64,000 bases of DNA from an uncultured Gammaproteobacteria bacterium. GTDB taxonomy: Bacteria; Patescibacteriota; Microgenomatia; 0-14-0-10-38-17. Below are positions 37,253 to 46,796 of this stretch, in pieces (the stretch's first letter is position 1; every line of letters begins with the position of its first letter). A program made the position numbers and the translations under genes. Below the pieces are notes generated by a model. The model was not told where the DNA came from, made no database searches, and saw only the letters and a program-made list of their open reading frames with translations. Where the stretch lies: NCBI GenBank assembly GCA_964348895.1, contig CAYGEH010000001.1:312002-376001 (forward strand), given 5' to 3'.

Positions 37253-37675
37253 ATGAAACGAGAATTTTCTGCTGGTGGAATCGTTTATAAAAAAGAGGGC
37301 GACAGGGTTCTTTGGTTGTTAATTCAACCAAAAGACACTAATCGCTGGCAATTTCCTAAGGGCTGGATCGAAGCAGGTGAAACGGCCAAAGCTGCAGCCC
37401 TAAGAGAGGTAGAAGAAGAGACTGGTGTTATTGGGGAAATGATAACAAGAATCGGAAGAGTTTCGTGGTGGTTTGTTGAGAATGGTGAAAAAATTTTTAA
37501 AACTACTACCTACTTCTTGATCGAGGCTAAGGAAAGTCTCAAGCAATTTGACAAGGAGGAAATTGAAAAAATTGCTTGGGTTTCTTTTGCCAAAGCTCAA
37601 GAAAAACTCACTTTTGATTCAGCTAAAAAAGCTCTAAAACAAGCTGAAGGGGTTTTGGCTAATCGGTTGTTTTAG
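37253..37675 (+). CDS. Nudix hydrolase
   Basis: Nudix box GWIEAGETAKAAALREVEEETGV (Gx5Ex7REUxEExGU). Confidence 0.8.
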   Translation: MKREFSAGGIVYKKEGDRVLWLLIQPKDTNRWQFPKGWIEAGETAKAAALREVEEETGVIGEMITRIGRVSWWFVENGEKIFKTTTYFLIEAKESLKQFDKEEIEKIAWVSFAKAQEKLTFDSAKKALKQAEGVLANRLF

Positions 37676-37811
37676 ATCATCTTCTTTTTAAGAGAAAACG
37701 CTAAAAAAAGAAACCAATCAAATATGAGGGGCAACAAAAAGCGCCGTTAGCTATAATTTTCTTCTCAAAAAAACTTATTGATATAATAAGGGTGGCAAAA
37801 AAATTAACTTT

Positions 37812-37903
<92 letters not shown>

Positions 37904-38044
37904 TTAGGAAATGTCTTTGTTCCACAAAGCGGACGCTAGAGGCGAGTTTTTGTTGATTAGGTTCATTTTGTTTGGGAACATAAAAAAATGAAAATAAACA
38001 CCAATTTAATCTTAAGTTGTCAGAATCCTAAGATGTGGCAAGTA

Positions 38045-38235
38045 ATAAAAATACAATTAGGAACAACATCAAGAAATTACGAGTAAAGCTTGGTTTAACG
38101 CAAGACAATTTAGCCAAAAAAATCTGGTGCTAAACACATAACCCTTTCAAAAATTGAAAACGAGGCGTTTACAAAATCGGTCGCACATAATAATATAACA
38201 GTGAAATCTCTAAAACGCTTGGTGTTTTTTAATAG
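38045..38235 (+). pseudogene. decayed copy of the XRE HTH gene (frameshifted, no start codon)
   Basis: Translates ...IRNNIKKLRVKLGLTQDNLAKK then shifts frame to SGAKHITLSKIENEAF...; clear homology to 29930-30136 protein but disrupted. Confidence 0.5.
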
Positions 38236-38279
38236 AAGAATTATTAAAATAGTTTTAATCATCATTTAAAAATAAATTT

Positions 38280-38627
38280 ATGAGGAAAAAAATATCAAAA
38301 TTTTTAAATAGAACTATTTTTCTAGTTGCCAGCGTATTAACAGCCATTTTTTTAAAAGCAGCTCATGCTTTGGCTCAAGAATTTAATCCAAATACAGTAA
38401 TTATTTATGGTCCTCCAGAGCTTATAGCCTGCGGGGGCAATAAATTGTGCTATTCATTATTACTATACTGGTCAAGACTTTCGTGGATATCTGCTATTAT
38501 TGTTTTGCTTGTTTTACTTGCGATACCATTTGGGATTGTTAAGCTCATAACAAAAGTTGTCCGAAGAAAGAAACAAAATCAAAAAATTCAACCACCAAAA
38601 TCAACCGATGGATTACCCAAGCAGTAG
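38280..38627 (+). CDS. small signal-peptide/TM protein with CGGNKLC motif; possible substrate or partner of the downstream radical-SAM enzyme
   Basis: 115 aa; stop TAG immediately followed by the radical-SAM ATG (TAGATG). Confidence 0.45.
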   Translation: MRKKISKFLNRTIFLVASVLTAIFLKAAHALAQEFNPNTVIIYGPPELIACGGNKLCYSLLLYWSRLSWISAIIVLLVLLAIPFGIVKLITKVVRRKKQNQKIQPPKSTDGLPKQ

Positions 38628-39680
38628 ATGTCAAATTATCTTTTGTCGAAAATCAAACTTATTGGTTTTCAAAAGAGCTTTTTATTGTCCTATAAAATAG
38701 GCGTTGTTCCTCCACCAAAGTTTATAATTTGGGATTGCACCAGAAAATGTAATTTGAGCTGCGAACACTGTGGTGCAAAAAAAGAGAAATATTCGACAGA
38801 GCTCACAACTCAACAGACAAAGAATCTCGTTAAAAAACTATCAGACTACAAAGTTAAGTATTTCGTTGTTACAGGTGGAGAGCCATTATTAAGACAAGAC
38901 CTTTTTGAAATTTTTTCTTTTGCAAAAGAAGTTGGACTGAAAACTGGTTTAGCAACGAACGGTTTCTTTATTAACGAAGACAACAGTAAAGTTATCGCTA
39001 AGGTTTTTGATTCTGTCCAGATTAGCTTAGACGGGCCTCAAGAGGTCCACAATAAGATAAGGGGAAATAAAGAGGCTTTTCAAAGGGCTGTTAACGGAGT
39101 AAACTTGCTTCGCAAAAATAAATGTAAGCAAATAACAATATCTTCGGTTATTACCACTTCAAACATTAGGAATTTAAAGAAACTTATAGGAATAGTAAAG
39201 AAATTAGATGTTGATATTTGGAAAATTGTTTCGGTTATGCCAATAGGAAAGGTTGAACAAAATGATAATTTATACTTAAATAGGCAAGAGTTTTTAAAAC
39301 TTTTAAATTTCATAAAAAGGAATAAAAAGAAATTAAGAATTGAGTTTGGGGAAAATCTTGGCTATTTAGAAAAATATGATAAGAAGGTAAGAAGTGAACC
39401 ATTCTTTTGCCCGGTTGGATTTTTGGCTTGTTGTGTTGGCGTTAATGGAAAAATAAGAGGATGTCCCGAGCAGCCGGATATTCCATCTTTTACAGAAGGA
39501 AATATTTTAGAAAGGGATTTTTCTGAAATTTGGGAAAGTGGATTTAAGAAATATCGGGACAGGGAGCTTTTACAAGATGAAACCTGCAGGAAATGTAAGC
39601 TTAAGAATGACTGCAATGGTGGTTGTTGGGTAATGAGATTAAAAGACATTAACTGTTCAGTAAGACGATATTGTTTATAA
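38628..39680 (+). CDS. radical SAM enzyme with C-terminal SPASM-like Cys-rich domain
   Basis: CNLSCEHC (CxxxCxxC) radical-SAM cluster; C-terminal CPVGFLACCVGVNGKIRGC...CRKCKLKNDCNGGCW auxiliary-cluster pattern. Confidence 0.85.
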   Translation: MSNYLLSKIKLIGFQKSFLLSYKIGVVPPPKFIIWDCTRKCNLSCEHCGAKKEKYSTELTTQQTKNLVKKLSDYKVKYFVVTGGEPLLRQDLFEIFSFAKEVGLKTGLATNGFFINEDNSKVIAKVFDSVQISLDGPQEVHNKIRGNKEAFQRAVNGVNLLRKNKCKQITISSVITTSNIRNLKKLIGIVKKLDVDIWKIVSVMPIGKVEQNDNLYLNRQEFLKLLNFIKRNKKKLRIEFGENLGYLEKYDKKVRSEPFFCPVGFLACCVGVNGKIRGCPEQPDIPSFTEGNILERDFSEIWESGFKKYRDRELLQDETCRKCKLKNDCNGGCWVMRLKDINCSVRRYCL

Positions 39681-39728
39681 TAAAAATAATTTACCGCCAA
39701 GGAACAAAGAGAACAAAGAACCAGCCCC

Positions 39729-40523
39729 ATGAATAACTTCTCAAGAAATATAGCAAAAACCGTTGAGGAAAGCGTAGTAATGACAATGGACGGTTCCGAC
39801 AAAGAAATCTTCCCATTTTTACCCTACATACTTCAAGATCTTTGGGAGATTGGTTCAGACCCAGAGGTTATTATCAAATTGATTAAAAAACATTCCTTTA
39901 ATTACAATAACTTAAGGGTTCTTGACTTGGGTTGCGGAAAGGGGGCGGTTTCCATAAAAGTTGCGTGCGAATTTGGTTGTTCCTGCTATGGAATTGACGC
40001 AGTGTCTGAATTTATTTCTGATGCTCAGCAAAAAGCCGTTGAGTATAGCGTAGATCATTTATGTAAATATGAGATAGGAGATATTAGGGAGAAAGTGAAA
40101 GAACTGGGGGTATATGAAATCATAATTCTTGGGTCGATTGGGCCAGTTTTTGGAAATTGCTTTGCGACATTGATGGCCTTGTCAAAATGCTTAAGCGACT
40201 CGGGAATAATAATCATAGATAACGGTTATATTGAAGACAATGTCAGCTATACACATCCGTTATACTCCAAAAAACAAACAATTCTTCAACAAATAAACTC
40301 GGCGGAAATGAAATTAATAGAGAACGACATATTTAATCGCAACAAAATCAAACATTCCAACGATTTTATTTTTCATAATTTGAGAAAAAGGTGTCTGGAG
40401 CTAATTGATAAATATCCAAAAAAAAGAAACTTGTTTGAAGACTATATTAGAAAACAAGCAGAAGAGAATGGTGTGCTTGAAAATAAAATAATATGCACAA
40501 CAATGGTTATAAGAAGAAATTAA
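39729..40523 (+). CDS. class I SAM-dependent methyltransferase
   Basis: Motif I VLDLGCGKGAVS; 264 aa. Confidence 0.7.
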   Translation: MNNFSRNIAKTVEESVVMTMDGSDKEIFPFLPYILQDLWEIGSDPEVIIKLIKKHSFNYNNLRVLDLGCGKGAVSIKVACEFGCSCYGIDAVSEFISDAQQKAVEYSVDHLCKYEIGDIREKVKELGVYEIIILGSIGPVFGNCFATLMALSKCLSDSGIIIIDNGYIEDNVSYTHPLYSKKQTILQQINSAEMKLIENDIFNRNKIKHSNDFIFHNLRKRCLELIDKYPKKRNLFEDYIRKQAEENGVLENKIICTTMVIRRN

Positions 40524-40776
40524 GTAAAAAAGTCAATGTTTAAAATACTTTGGGATGCTTGTTGTTATTAAAGAAGAAATTCTAAATCTTTCTTTTCTTT
40601 TTCTAGCGGGAACGAACAGAAAGGGGGTGGAGAAAGTTGCATTCGCCCTTGATAGATTTTGGGTAAAATCAGTTCAAGTTTTTTTAAAAACATATCATCA
40701 AAAAAACAAAATAACCACTTTTGGCTCATTTTTTTAAAAAATTTATTTTATTCTAATAACAATTTAATTCCTGATA

Positions 40777-42102
40777 ATGTTTAAAAGTTTTTCAGAAGCA
40801 CAAAAGTATCTTTTCTCTCAAATTAGCAAGCAAAAAAAAGGCCTTTCTCCTGCTTATCGTTTATCCAGAACTAAGGAAATTCTCAAGTGTCTTAACAACC
40901 CTCAAAACAAAATAAAAAACATCCATATCGCCGGAACTGCCGGAAAAGGTTCAACAGCCTTTTTGCTCAGTCTAATTCTAAGATCACAAGGCTTTAGAGT
41001 TGGTCTTCATCTTTCCCCACACCTAGTTGACATTCGGGAGCGATTTCAAATTAATCATCAATTAATCTCAAAAAAACAATTTTTAAAACACCTTAATAGC
41101 CTTTTACCTGTTTTAGAAAAAATTAGCAAAACTCCGTTTGGGCCCCCAGATTACTTTGAAATTTTAACCGTTATGGCTTTTCAAATTTTTTATCAAGAAA
41201 AAGTTGATTATGCCGTTATTGAAACTGGAATAGGGGGGTTATACGACTCAACCAACACTATTGTTAGCCCTCAAAAGATTAACATCATTACCAGAATTGG
41301 CTTTGATCATTGCCAGATTCTGGGCAACACTCTAACAGAAATTGCTTTTCAAAAAATGGGCATTGTTGCTAACAACTCAACGGTTATCACTGGAGATCAA
41401 AGACCAACTGCCAGCTGGATGATTGAAAAAGCCTCTCAGCAAAAGCAGGCCTGGCTAATACAGGTAAAAGAGGGGAAAGATTTTCAAGTCGAACAAGTCA
41501 AGCTTGAAAAAACCAGCTTTTCTTATCAAGGACGCCCTCTTCTTTTGGGCTTAAGCGGTCGTCACCAAGTTCAAAACTGTGCTCTGGCCCTAAAAACAGT
41601 TGAATTAATCTCCAGCCGCGATCAATTCAAATTGTCTTGGCCTAAAATAAAGGTCGCTCTTGCTGGGGCACAATTTCCAGGCAGACTAGAAATTATTCAA
41701 AAAAATAATAAAAAAATAATTCTCGATGGCGCCCACAATGAGGCCAAAATGGTCGCCCTTACTGAAGCCTTAAAAGAGCTTTTCCCTCAAAAAAAATTCA
41801 ACTTTTTAATTGCTTTTAAAAGAGATAAAGACATTAGAAAAATGATTAAAAAGATTATTCCTTTAGCTAATAATATAACTATATCTAGTATTTTTTCTTC
41901 TGATAGTAATTGGCAGAAAATGATTTATCCTCCAAAAGAGATAGAGACACTTATCCACAATTTAGGCTTTACTAAAACTATCACTATTAGCGAACCAAAA
42001 CAGGCCCTTAAAGAAAGTCTTAAAAGCAATAATCGGCCATTAGTTGTTACCGGATCGCTTTACTTGCTTAGTGAGATTTATCCTTTATTGAGCAAGGGTT
42101 AA
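40777..42102 (+). CDS. folC: folylpolyglutamate synthase / Mur-ligase-family protein (FolC-like)
   Basis: P-loop IAGTAGKGST, Mur ligase middle-domain pattern, 441 aa. Confidence 0.7.
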   Translation: MFKSFSEAQKYLFSQISKQKKGLSPAYRLSRTKEILKCLNNPQNKIKNIHIAGTAGKGSTAFLLSLILRSQGFRVGLHLSPHLVDIRERFQINHQLISKKQFLKHLNSLLPVLEKISKTPFGPPDYFEILTVMAFQIFYQEKVDYAVIETGIGGLYDSTNTIVSPQKINIITRIGFDHCQILGNTLTEIAFQKMGIVANNSTVITGDQRPTASWMIEKASQQKQAWLIQVKEGKDFQVEQVKLEKTSFSYQGRPLLLGLSGRHQVQNCALALKTVELISSRDQFKLSWPKIKVALAGAQFPGRLEIIQKNNKKIILDGAHNEAKMVALTEALKELFPQKKFNFLIAFKRDKDIRKMIKKIIPLANNITISSIFSSDSNWQKMIYPPKEIETLIHNLGFTKTITISEPKQALKESLKSNNRPLVVTGSLYLLSEIYPLLSKG

Positions 42103-42807
42103 AACCCAAACCTTGGGAAGACCAGCTTTTTTTAAGGTTCGACCAGCTTCTTTGGCGGTTGTTCCGCTAGTCCAAATATCGTCAATCAATAAAACAGGAG
42201 GCAGATTTTCTTGACAATTACCAAGCCTGTCCGCATTAATTACAAAAGCATTTCGAATGTTTTTTTGACGCTCCTTTTTGTTTAGTTCGAATTGAGGGCT
42301 GGTTGACCTCTTTCTTAATAAAAGCTTGTCTTCTAGGGGCAAACCATAATAATCAGCTATTCTTTCACCAATAATTCTGGCCTGATTAAAACCCCGTTGG
42401 CGAAACTTGCTCTTGTGAAGAGGAATGGGAATAACTACTGGTTTTTCTTTAAGAAAGTTATTAAAAACTAAAAAACTTTCTTCTTTTTTAAAAAAATCTA
42501 GGGCAAAATTAGTTAAATTTTCCAAGGCAGAAAAAACGAACGGCTCAAACTTAATTTGAGCAATAATTTCCTTAAACAGAGAGCGATAAGAAAAAGCAGA
42601 AACTAGACCGTCAAGAAAATAGCCATGACGACAATCCTCATGAATCTGACCAGTCAAAGATGGCCTGCCACAATAAGGACAAATTTGTCTTGTCAAAAGA
42701 GGTAGTCGCTCTTGACAGGCAGAACAAACAAGAGCCCCCTGTTTTTGGCAACCCAAACAGGCAGAAGAAAAAACAAAGTCAAGTAAGTGGCCAACAAGAC
42801 CAGACAT
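42085..42807 (-). CDS. comFC: ComF-family protein (phosphoribosyltransferase domain with N-terminal zinc finger)
   Basis: N-terminal CLGCQ...CSACQ...CPYCG Zn-finger, C-terminal PRTase motif LLIDDIWTSGTT; convergent 18-bp overlap with folC. Confidence 0.8.
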   Translation of the reverse strand: MSGLVGHLLDFVFSSACLGCQKQGALVCSACQERLPLLTRQICPYCGRPSLTGQIHEDCRHGYFLDGLVSAFSYRSLFKEIIAQIKFEPFVFSALENLTNFALDFFKKEESFLVFNNFLKEKPVVIPIPLHKSKFRQRGFNQARIIGERIADYYGLPLEDKLLLRKRSTSPQFELNKKERQKNIRNAFVINADRLGNCQENLPPVLLIDDIWTSGTTAKEAGRTLKKAGLPKVWVLTLAQ

Positions 42808-42997
42808 TAAATCTAATCTAAACCAATAAATGATAAAATTAAAGTAATAAAACCTAGTTGTTCTTGTTGTTCCTCTTTAAAAAAATTTTAATGGTCTTTT
42901 GGGAAGCTTTTGGTTTTTTGACCACTAGCCCCTTTTTAAAAAACAGCAAAATCTTTTAAAATCTAAACTGTTAAAAATTGAAAAATTAATTCAGAAA

Positions 42998-43411
42998 ATG
43001 CTAATCAAAAACCATAAAGCTTATCGAGATTGTCGAATTATAGCTGAAAAGGAGGCTGGGGTTGTTTTATGGGGATCAGAAGTAAAAAGCTTACGATCTG
43101 GCCAAGCAAATCTTGACGGGGCCTTAATTCACCTTAGAAACCAAGAGGCCTTTTTAGTTGGGGCCTATATTGCCCCTTATCAGACTAATCGCGAATCTCT
43201 TGACCCCAAAAGAACTCGAAAATTGCTTTTAAACAAAAAAGAGCTTATTGCCTGGTTTAATAAAATTAAGCAAGAAAAATTGATCATTTTGCCGCTAGAG
43301 TGGTATAATAAAGGCAATCTTATTAAATTAAGAATTGCCTTAGGCAAAAAGAAGAAGACTGAAGGAAAGAAACTCCCCAGTCTTCGTAGTCAGGAATTTC
43401 GCCAAAGCTAA
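42998..43411 (+). CDS. smpB: SsrA-binding protein SmpB
   Basis: Conserved SmpB core (GSEVKSLR, NLDGALIHL..., C-terminal basic tail). Confidence 0.9.
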   Translation: MLIKNHKAYRDCRIIAEKEAGVVLWGSEVKSLRSGQANLDGALIHLRNQEAFLVGAYIAPYQTNRESLDPKRTRKLLLNKKELIAWFNKIKQEKLIILPLEWYNKGNLIKLRIALGKKKKTEGKKLPSLRSQEFRQS

Positions 43412-43455
43412 GACAGAAATAAAATTTTTATTTTTTTCGGCGAAAGTGGACTGTA

Positions 43456-43852
43456 GGGGATGTATTTGATTCGACGATTTTGGTTCTTTTAAAATTCGCA
43501 AGCCGGGAATGGTTTAAGCCCGTTAAACAAAACCAAAACTAAATGCCGACAGAAATGTCGACTACTCGTTTGAGCCAGAGCTAAATTTTGCTTTTGCTTA
43601 ATTTGCTTAAAGCTTAAAACATGAGCATTTTTGGGAGTTTTTTCTTATCGGAAGCCCAAAGGTGAAAACACAGATAAGATGCGTCAAATTACCTCCCGTC
43701 TTGAAGGTAATTTCGACAAAGAAAAACTAAAGACTAACTCTAAAATGGCTGTCGATTGCCCTTATTTTAGAGAAAATTATAAATCGACTAAGCTTGTAGT
43801 GATTTTAAAAAGTCATTTTCGGACGGGAGGTCACACCTCCCCATCTCCACCA
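43456..43852 (+). ncRNA. ssrA: tmRNA (SsrA)
   Basis: 5' GGGGATGTATTTGATTCGACG matches the canonical tmRNA 5' acceptor/TLD; 3' end GGAGGTCACACCTCC T-arm-like hairpin + CATCTCC-A-CCA pairing with 5' GGGGATG; internal reading frame GCC GAC AGA AAT ... TTT GCT TAA predicts tag ADRNVDYSFEPELNFAFA; located directly after smpB. Confidence 0.75.
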
Positions 43853-43920
43853 AAATAAGGGTTCGTGGTTTTTTCCATACTACTAACTACTATCCAAAAA
43901 GGCTCTTTTGTTTTGCTCTT

Positions 43921-45732
43921 CTACTCTAAGTTTACCTTTAGAAGCTTATCTTGAGTGCCAATAACGGCAACAGTTTCATCGGGAGAAATAATTAATCCTT
44001 TTGCTTGATCAAGATCTATCGCTTTAATTTCATTACCAATTTGACCTGTTTCTTTGTTGACAGACAAGAATCGACTATTGTTTTTATCAACCAGATAAAC
44101 ATTGGCGAAGTCGGCAGCGGTGTGAATTAAAACTTGATTGCCTAAATTGGGCACACTATAAGTTTCTTCTAGATAGCCCTGAAAGAATCTATAAAGATTA
44201 TCTCCTGTCAACCAAATCGCGCCATCAATCGCCATTTTAGCCCCTTCGGTTAATTGAGGCAGATCTTCTTTGTTCCATTTTCTAATCGCTCCAAAACCAG
44301 CCCTGATGGCTGGATACTGCCAAATTGTTCCATTTTGGACATCCAAAAGATACAGGCTGCCCAACCAACCAGAGAAATCAACTATTTTACCCCAGGAGTC
44401 GTTAGTTTCAATCGTCTTGTTAAGCCTGTTATTGTTAATTTCATAAAAACCATCATCAGTTAAAAGGGTTATTTTGCCCGCCTGAGAAAAGATGGCCGTT
44501 GCTTTTTTAATTTTTTCATCGCCCAGAATAACTGCAGACCTGCGATTTTCCCAATCTAAAGAGTAAACCTTTCCCTGATTGTTATCCAGTAAATAAATCG
44601 TTCTGCCAGTGGCCGTTAAGCTCGCCAAATTTAATCCCTCCTCTATTTGTGCCAAAGAAAAAAATTCCGTTAAACTTTCGACTGGTTCGGGGGGGGTTTG
44701 AGTTAAGGTGATCAACAACTGATTAAGTTCTTCCCTTAAGCGATCGGCCTCTTCCTGGCTGGTTCGATCAAAAGAAATTGAGTCTAAAAGGTCTTTGGCC
44801 CTAGCAATGGTCGCTATTGCCTGATCTTTGTCTAGCGAAGCCAGCCCCTGAGCCTCTTGATACTTATCTTGAGCCTGACTAAGGACTTCTTGCCTCATTT
44901 CTTGTCGAACCAAGTTGTTTTGGCGAAAAAAGAAATATCCTCCGGCTGCCAAAGCTAAAACTAAAGTAAAGCCAGCCGCTAGAACTGACCAGCGTTTCCA
45001 AGGAAAAGACTTGAAACGGTTAAAAGTGGAAAAAGAAGATTTCTTTTCCTGTTTCTCCTCAAGAATAATTGCTCCAGTTTCACTTTGATTCTTTTTGTTA
45101 ACTAGTCCAATTAATAAACCAGCTGCATCACTGTTTTTAGAAGAAATCGATAAACCACTGGATAATTTATCGGCGGTCTCTTCTAGGCTTTGCTGGCCAA
45201 GGGCTTGTTGAATTAAATCGTCTCTTAAAATGTAAAAACTGCTTGTTCCCAAAATCACCAAGTCTCCAGCTTCGGCTTTTCCCGAAGAGGAAACCACTTG
45301 ACCCAGTCCTTCGCCGACTAAAACTGCCGAAATGGTTGGTCCTCGCTTAACCAAAACTTTTCCCTCGCCCAAAACAGCAAAATACCAAACCCCTTTCCAG
45401 AAAACCCCAGCAACAATTTCAACTGCAAAGTCAAACTGACTTTCGGTTATTTCTTTAGTAATAGCCTCCAGAGCCTCAACTAGCCTTGCCATCGGCCAAC
45501 CACTGGGTTGATCGTAATATTCTTTTTGTAGCCGATCAATTAATTCCTGTCCAAACTCAGGGTTAATTTCATCTTGTCCAAGTAAAGAAAAGCAGGCCAA
45601 CAAAGATCCTCTCTTTTCTAACAAGTCTTTATTTTCTGGAGAAAAAAAATAAGTTTGAGCCCAACCATTATTGCCTCCAGTTCCTAAAATTTTAGCGACT
45701 TTTAGGGAAAAGTTATCCATAGTTTCTTTCAA
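43921..45732 (-). CDS. hypothetical bitopic membrane protein (cytoplasmic N-domain, one TM, large extracytoplasmic C-domain)
   Basis: 603 aa; TM VLAAGFTLVLALAAGGYFFF near residue 240; no family recognised. Confidence 0.5.
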   Translation of the reverse strand: MKETMDNFSLKVAKILGTGGNNGWAQTYFFSPENKDLLEKRGSLLACFSLLGQDEINPEFGQELIDRLQKEYYDQPSGWPMARLVEALEAITKEITESQFDFAVEIVAGVFWKGVWYFAVLGEGKVLVKRGPTISAVLVGEGLGQVVSSSGKAEAGDLVILGTSSFYILRDDLIQQALGQQSLEETADKLSSGLSISSKNSDAAGLLIGLVNKKNQSETGAIILEEKQEKKSSFSTFNRFKSFPWKRWSVLAAGFTLVLALAAGGYFFFRQNNLVRQEMRQEVLSQAQDKYQEAQGLASLDKDQAIATIARAKDLLDSISFDRTSQEEADRLREELNQLLITLTQTPPEPVESLTEFFSLAQIEEGLNLASLTATGRTIYLLDNNQGKVYSLDWENRRSAVILGDEKIKKATAIFSQAGKITLLTDDGFYEINNNRLNKTIETNDSWGKIVDFSGWLGSLYLLDVQNGTIWQYPAIRAGFGAIRKWNKEDLPQLTEGAKMAIDGAIWLTGDNLYRFFQGYLEETYSVPNLGNQVLIHTAADFANVYLVDKNNSRFLSVNKETGQIGNEIKAIDLDQAKGLIISPDETVAVIGTQDKLLKVNLE

Positions 45733-45738
45733 TTAACT

Positions 45739-45969
45739 TTAAAGAATTGTGAACAATAAAATTAATAAACCCAAAACCGACAAGGCCAATAAAAGCCAGT
45801 TTCCCACCCTTAAGAAAAAGTCTAGGCTGGTCTTAAAAAGGTTTTCCATTAAAACTATTTGTCGTCCGACAATTAAAAGAAAAATAATCTGACCGACAAA
45901 GAAAAATAATAAAAACCATTTTAGCAAGAAAATTAAACCAAATTCAGCTAAAAGATTATTTAGATTCAT
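45739..45969 (-). CDS. small membrane protein (76 aa)
   Basis: two hydrophobic helices; overlaps start region of upstream gene by 1 nt. Confidence 0.4.
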   Translation of the reverse strand: MNLNNLLAEFGLIFLLKWFLLFFFVGQIIFLLIVGRQIVLMENLFKTSLDFFLRVGNWLLLALSVLGLLILLFTIL

Positions 45970-46667
45970 TATTTGTTGTTTGCTTTGCTGACTGCCACTT
46001 CTCTTAGTTTTCTCAAAGTACTAGCAACCTCAGCTGGACGAGGAACTTTTAAAAATTCAATTTGAGGCTTAGATCCAGCCGTTTGAACATAGACATTGCC
46101 AAAGTTAAAAATTATTCCCAATAAGCCACCCATATTGTGAGTAACATCTTGGATTTTGTCCAGGTTAGCATCAGAAACTTCTCGATAAATCAAATCGTGA
46201 AAGTCAACGTTAATAATTCTTTTGTTGGAAATAATACTGACGTTAAAATACCAGTTTAAAAAAGCTGACCAACCAATCAAAAAGGCTAAAACCAACCAAC
46301 CATAAACTGTCATTGTTCGCAATCCACTAGATAAAGAATCTAGCCAACCAAAACTTACCGTCAAAGAGGCAACTAAAAACATCGCTAAAAATAAAATTAA
46401 AGGGGGAATCTTGACGAGCGGATGACGACGCAAAACAACCAAGGCCTCCTCGTCCTCGGTTTTATCAAAAAATCTCACCCTCTTAGGTTTGATTGATAAA
46501 CCTACACTCGGACGAATCCCGTCAGCAGCTTCATGAAAAAAACTATTCTCTTTATTATCGTGATCAGAAGAAGAGGGGCTACTTGGCTCTTGATTAACAA
46601 CCTCCATTTTGTTATCAAAAGAAGCGTTTTCTGTTTTCTCTTTGGGAGCCTTATAAATAAGTGCCAT
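45969..46667 (-). CDS. membrane protein with bacterial PH-like (YdbT/bPH_2-type) domain, tentative
   Basis: two TM helices followed by a ~100-aa domain resembling bPH_2 (NVSIISNKRIINVDF...VYVQTAG). Confidence 0.45.
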   Translation of the reverse strand: MALIYKAPKEKTENASFDNKMEVVNQEPSSPSSSDHDNKENSFFHEAADGIRPSVGLSIKPKRVRFFDKTEDEEALVVLRRHPLVKIPPLILFLAMFLVASLTVSFGWLDSLSSGLRTMTVYGWLVLAFLIGWSAFLNWYFNVSIISNKRIINVDFHDLIYREVSDANLDKIQDVTHNMGGLLGIIFNFGNVYVQTAGSKPQIEFLKVPRPAEVASTLRKLREVAVSKANNK

Positions 46668-46796
46668 TTCCTATAAAAAAACAATTTCTAACTTTACAAC
46701 TAGTTTCTAATAGTTTCTAACAAATTATTTTATGGCCAAATTAGCCAATTCTTAACCTTTTATTTCTTTTTTTTCTAGTCTTAGATTGATTATAGC

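Noticed and set aside
40555-40737. 60-aa ORF in the intergenic region before folC
   Set aside because: There is no RBS, it is AT-rich and low complexity, and it is likely noncoding promoter sequence.
42085-42102. 18-bp convergent overlap of folC and comF 3' ends
   Set aside because: This is a common compact-genome feature and not an anomaly.
43631-43858. 75-aa ORF
   Set aside because: It is located inside the predicted tmRNA (ssrA) sequence.
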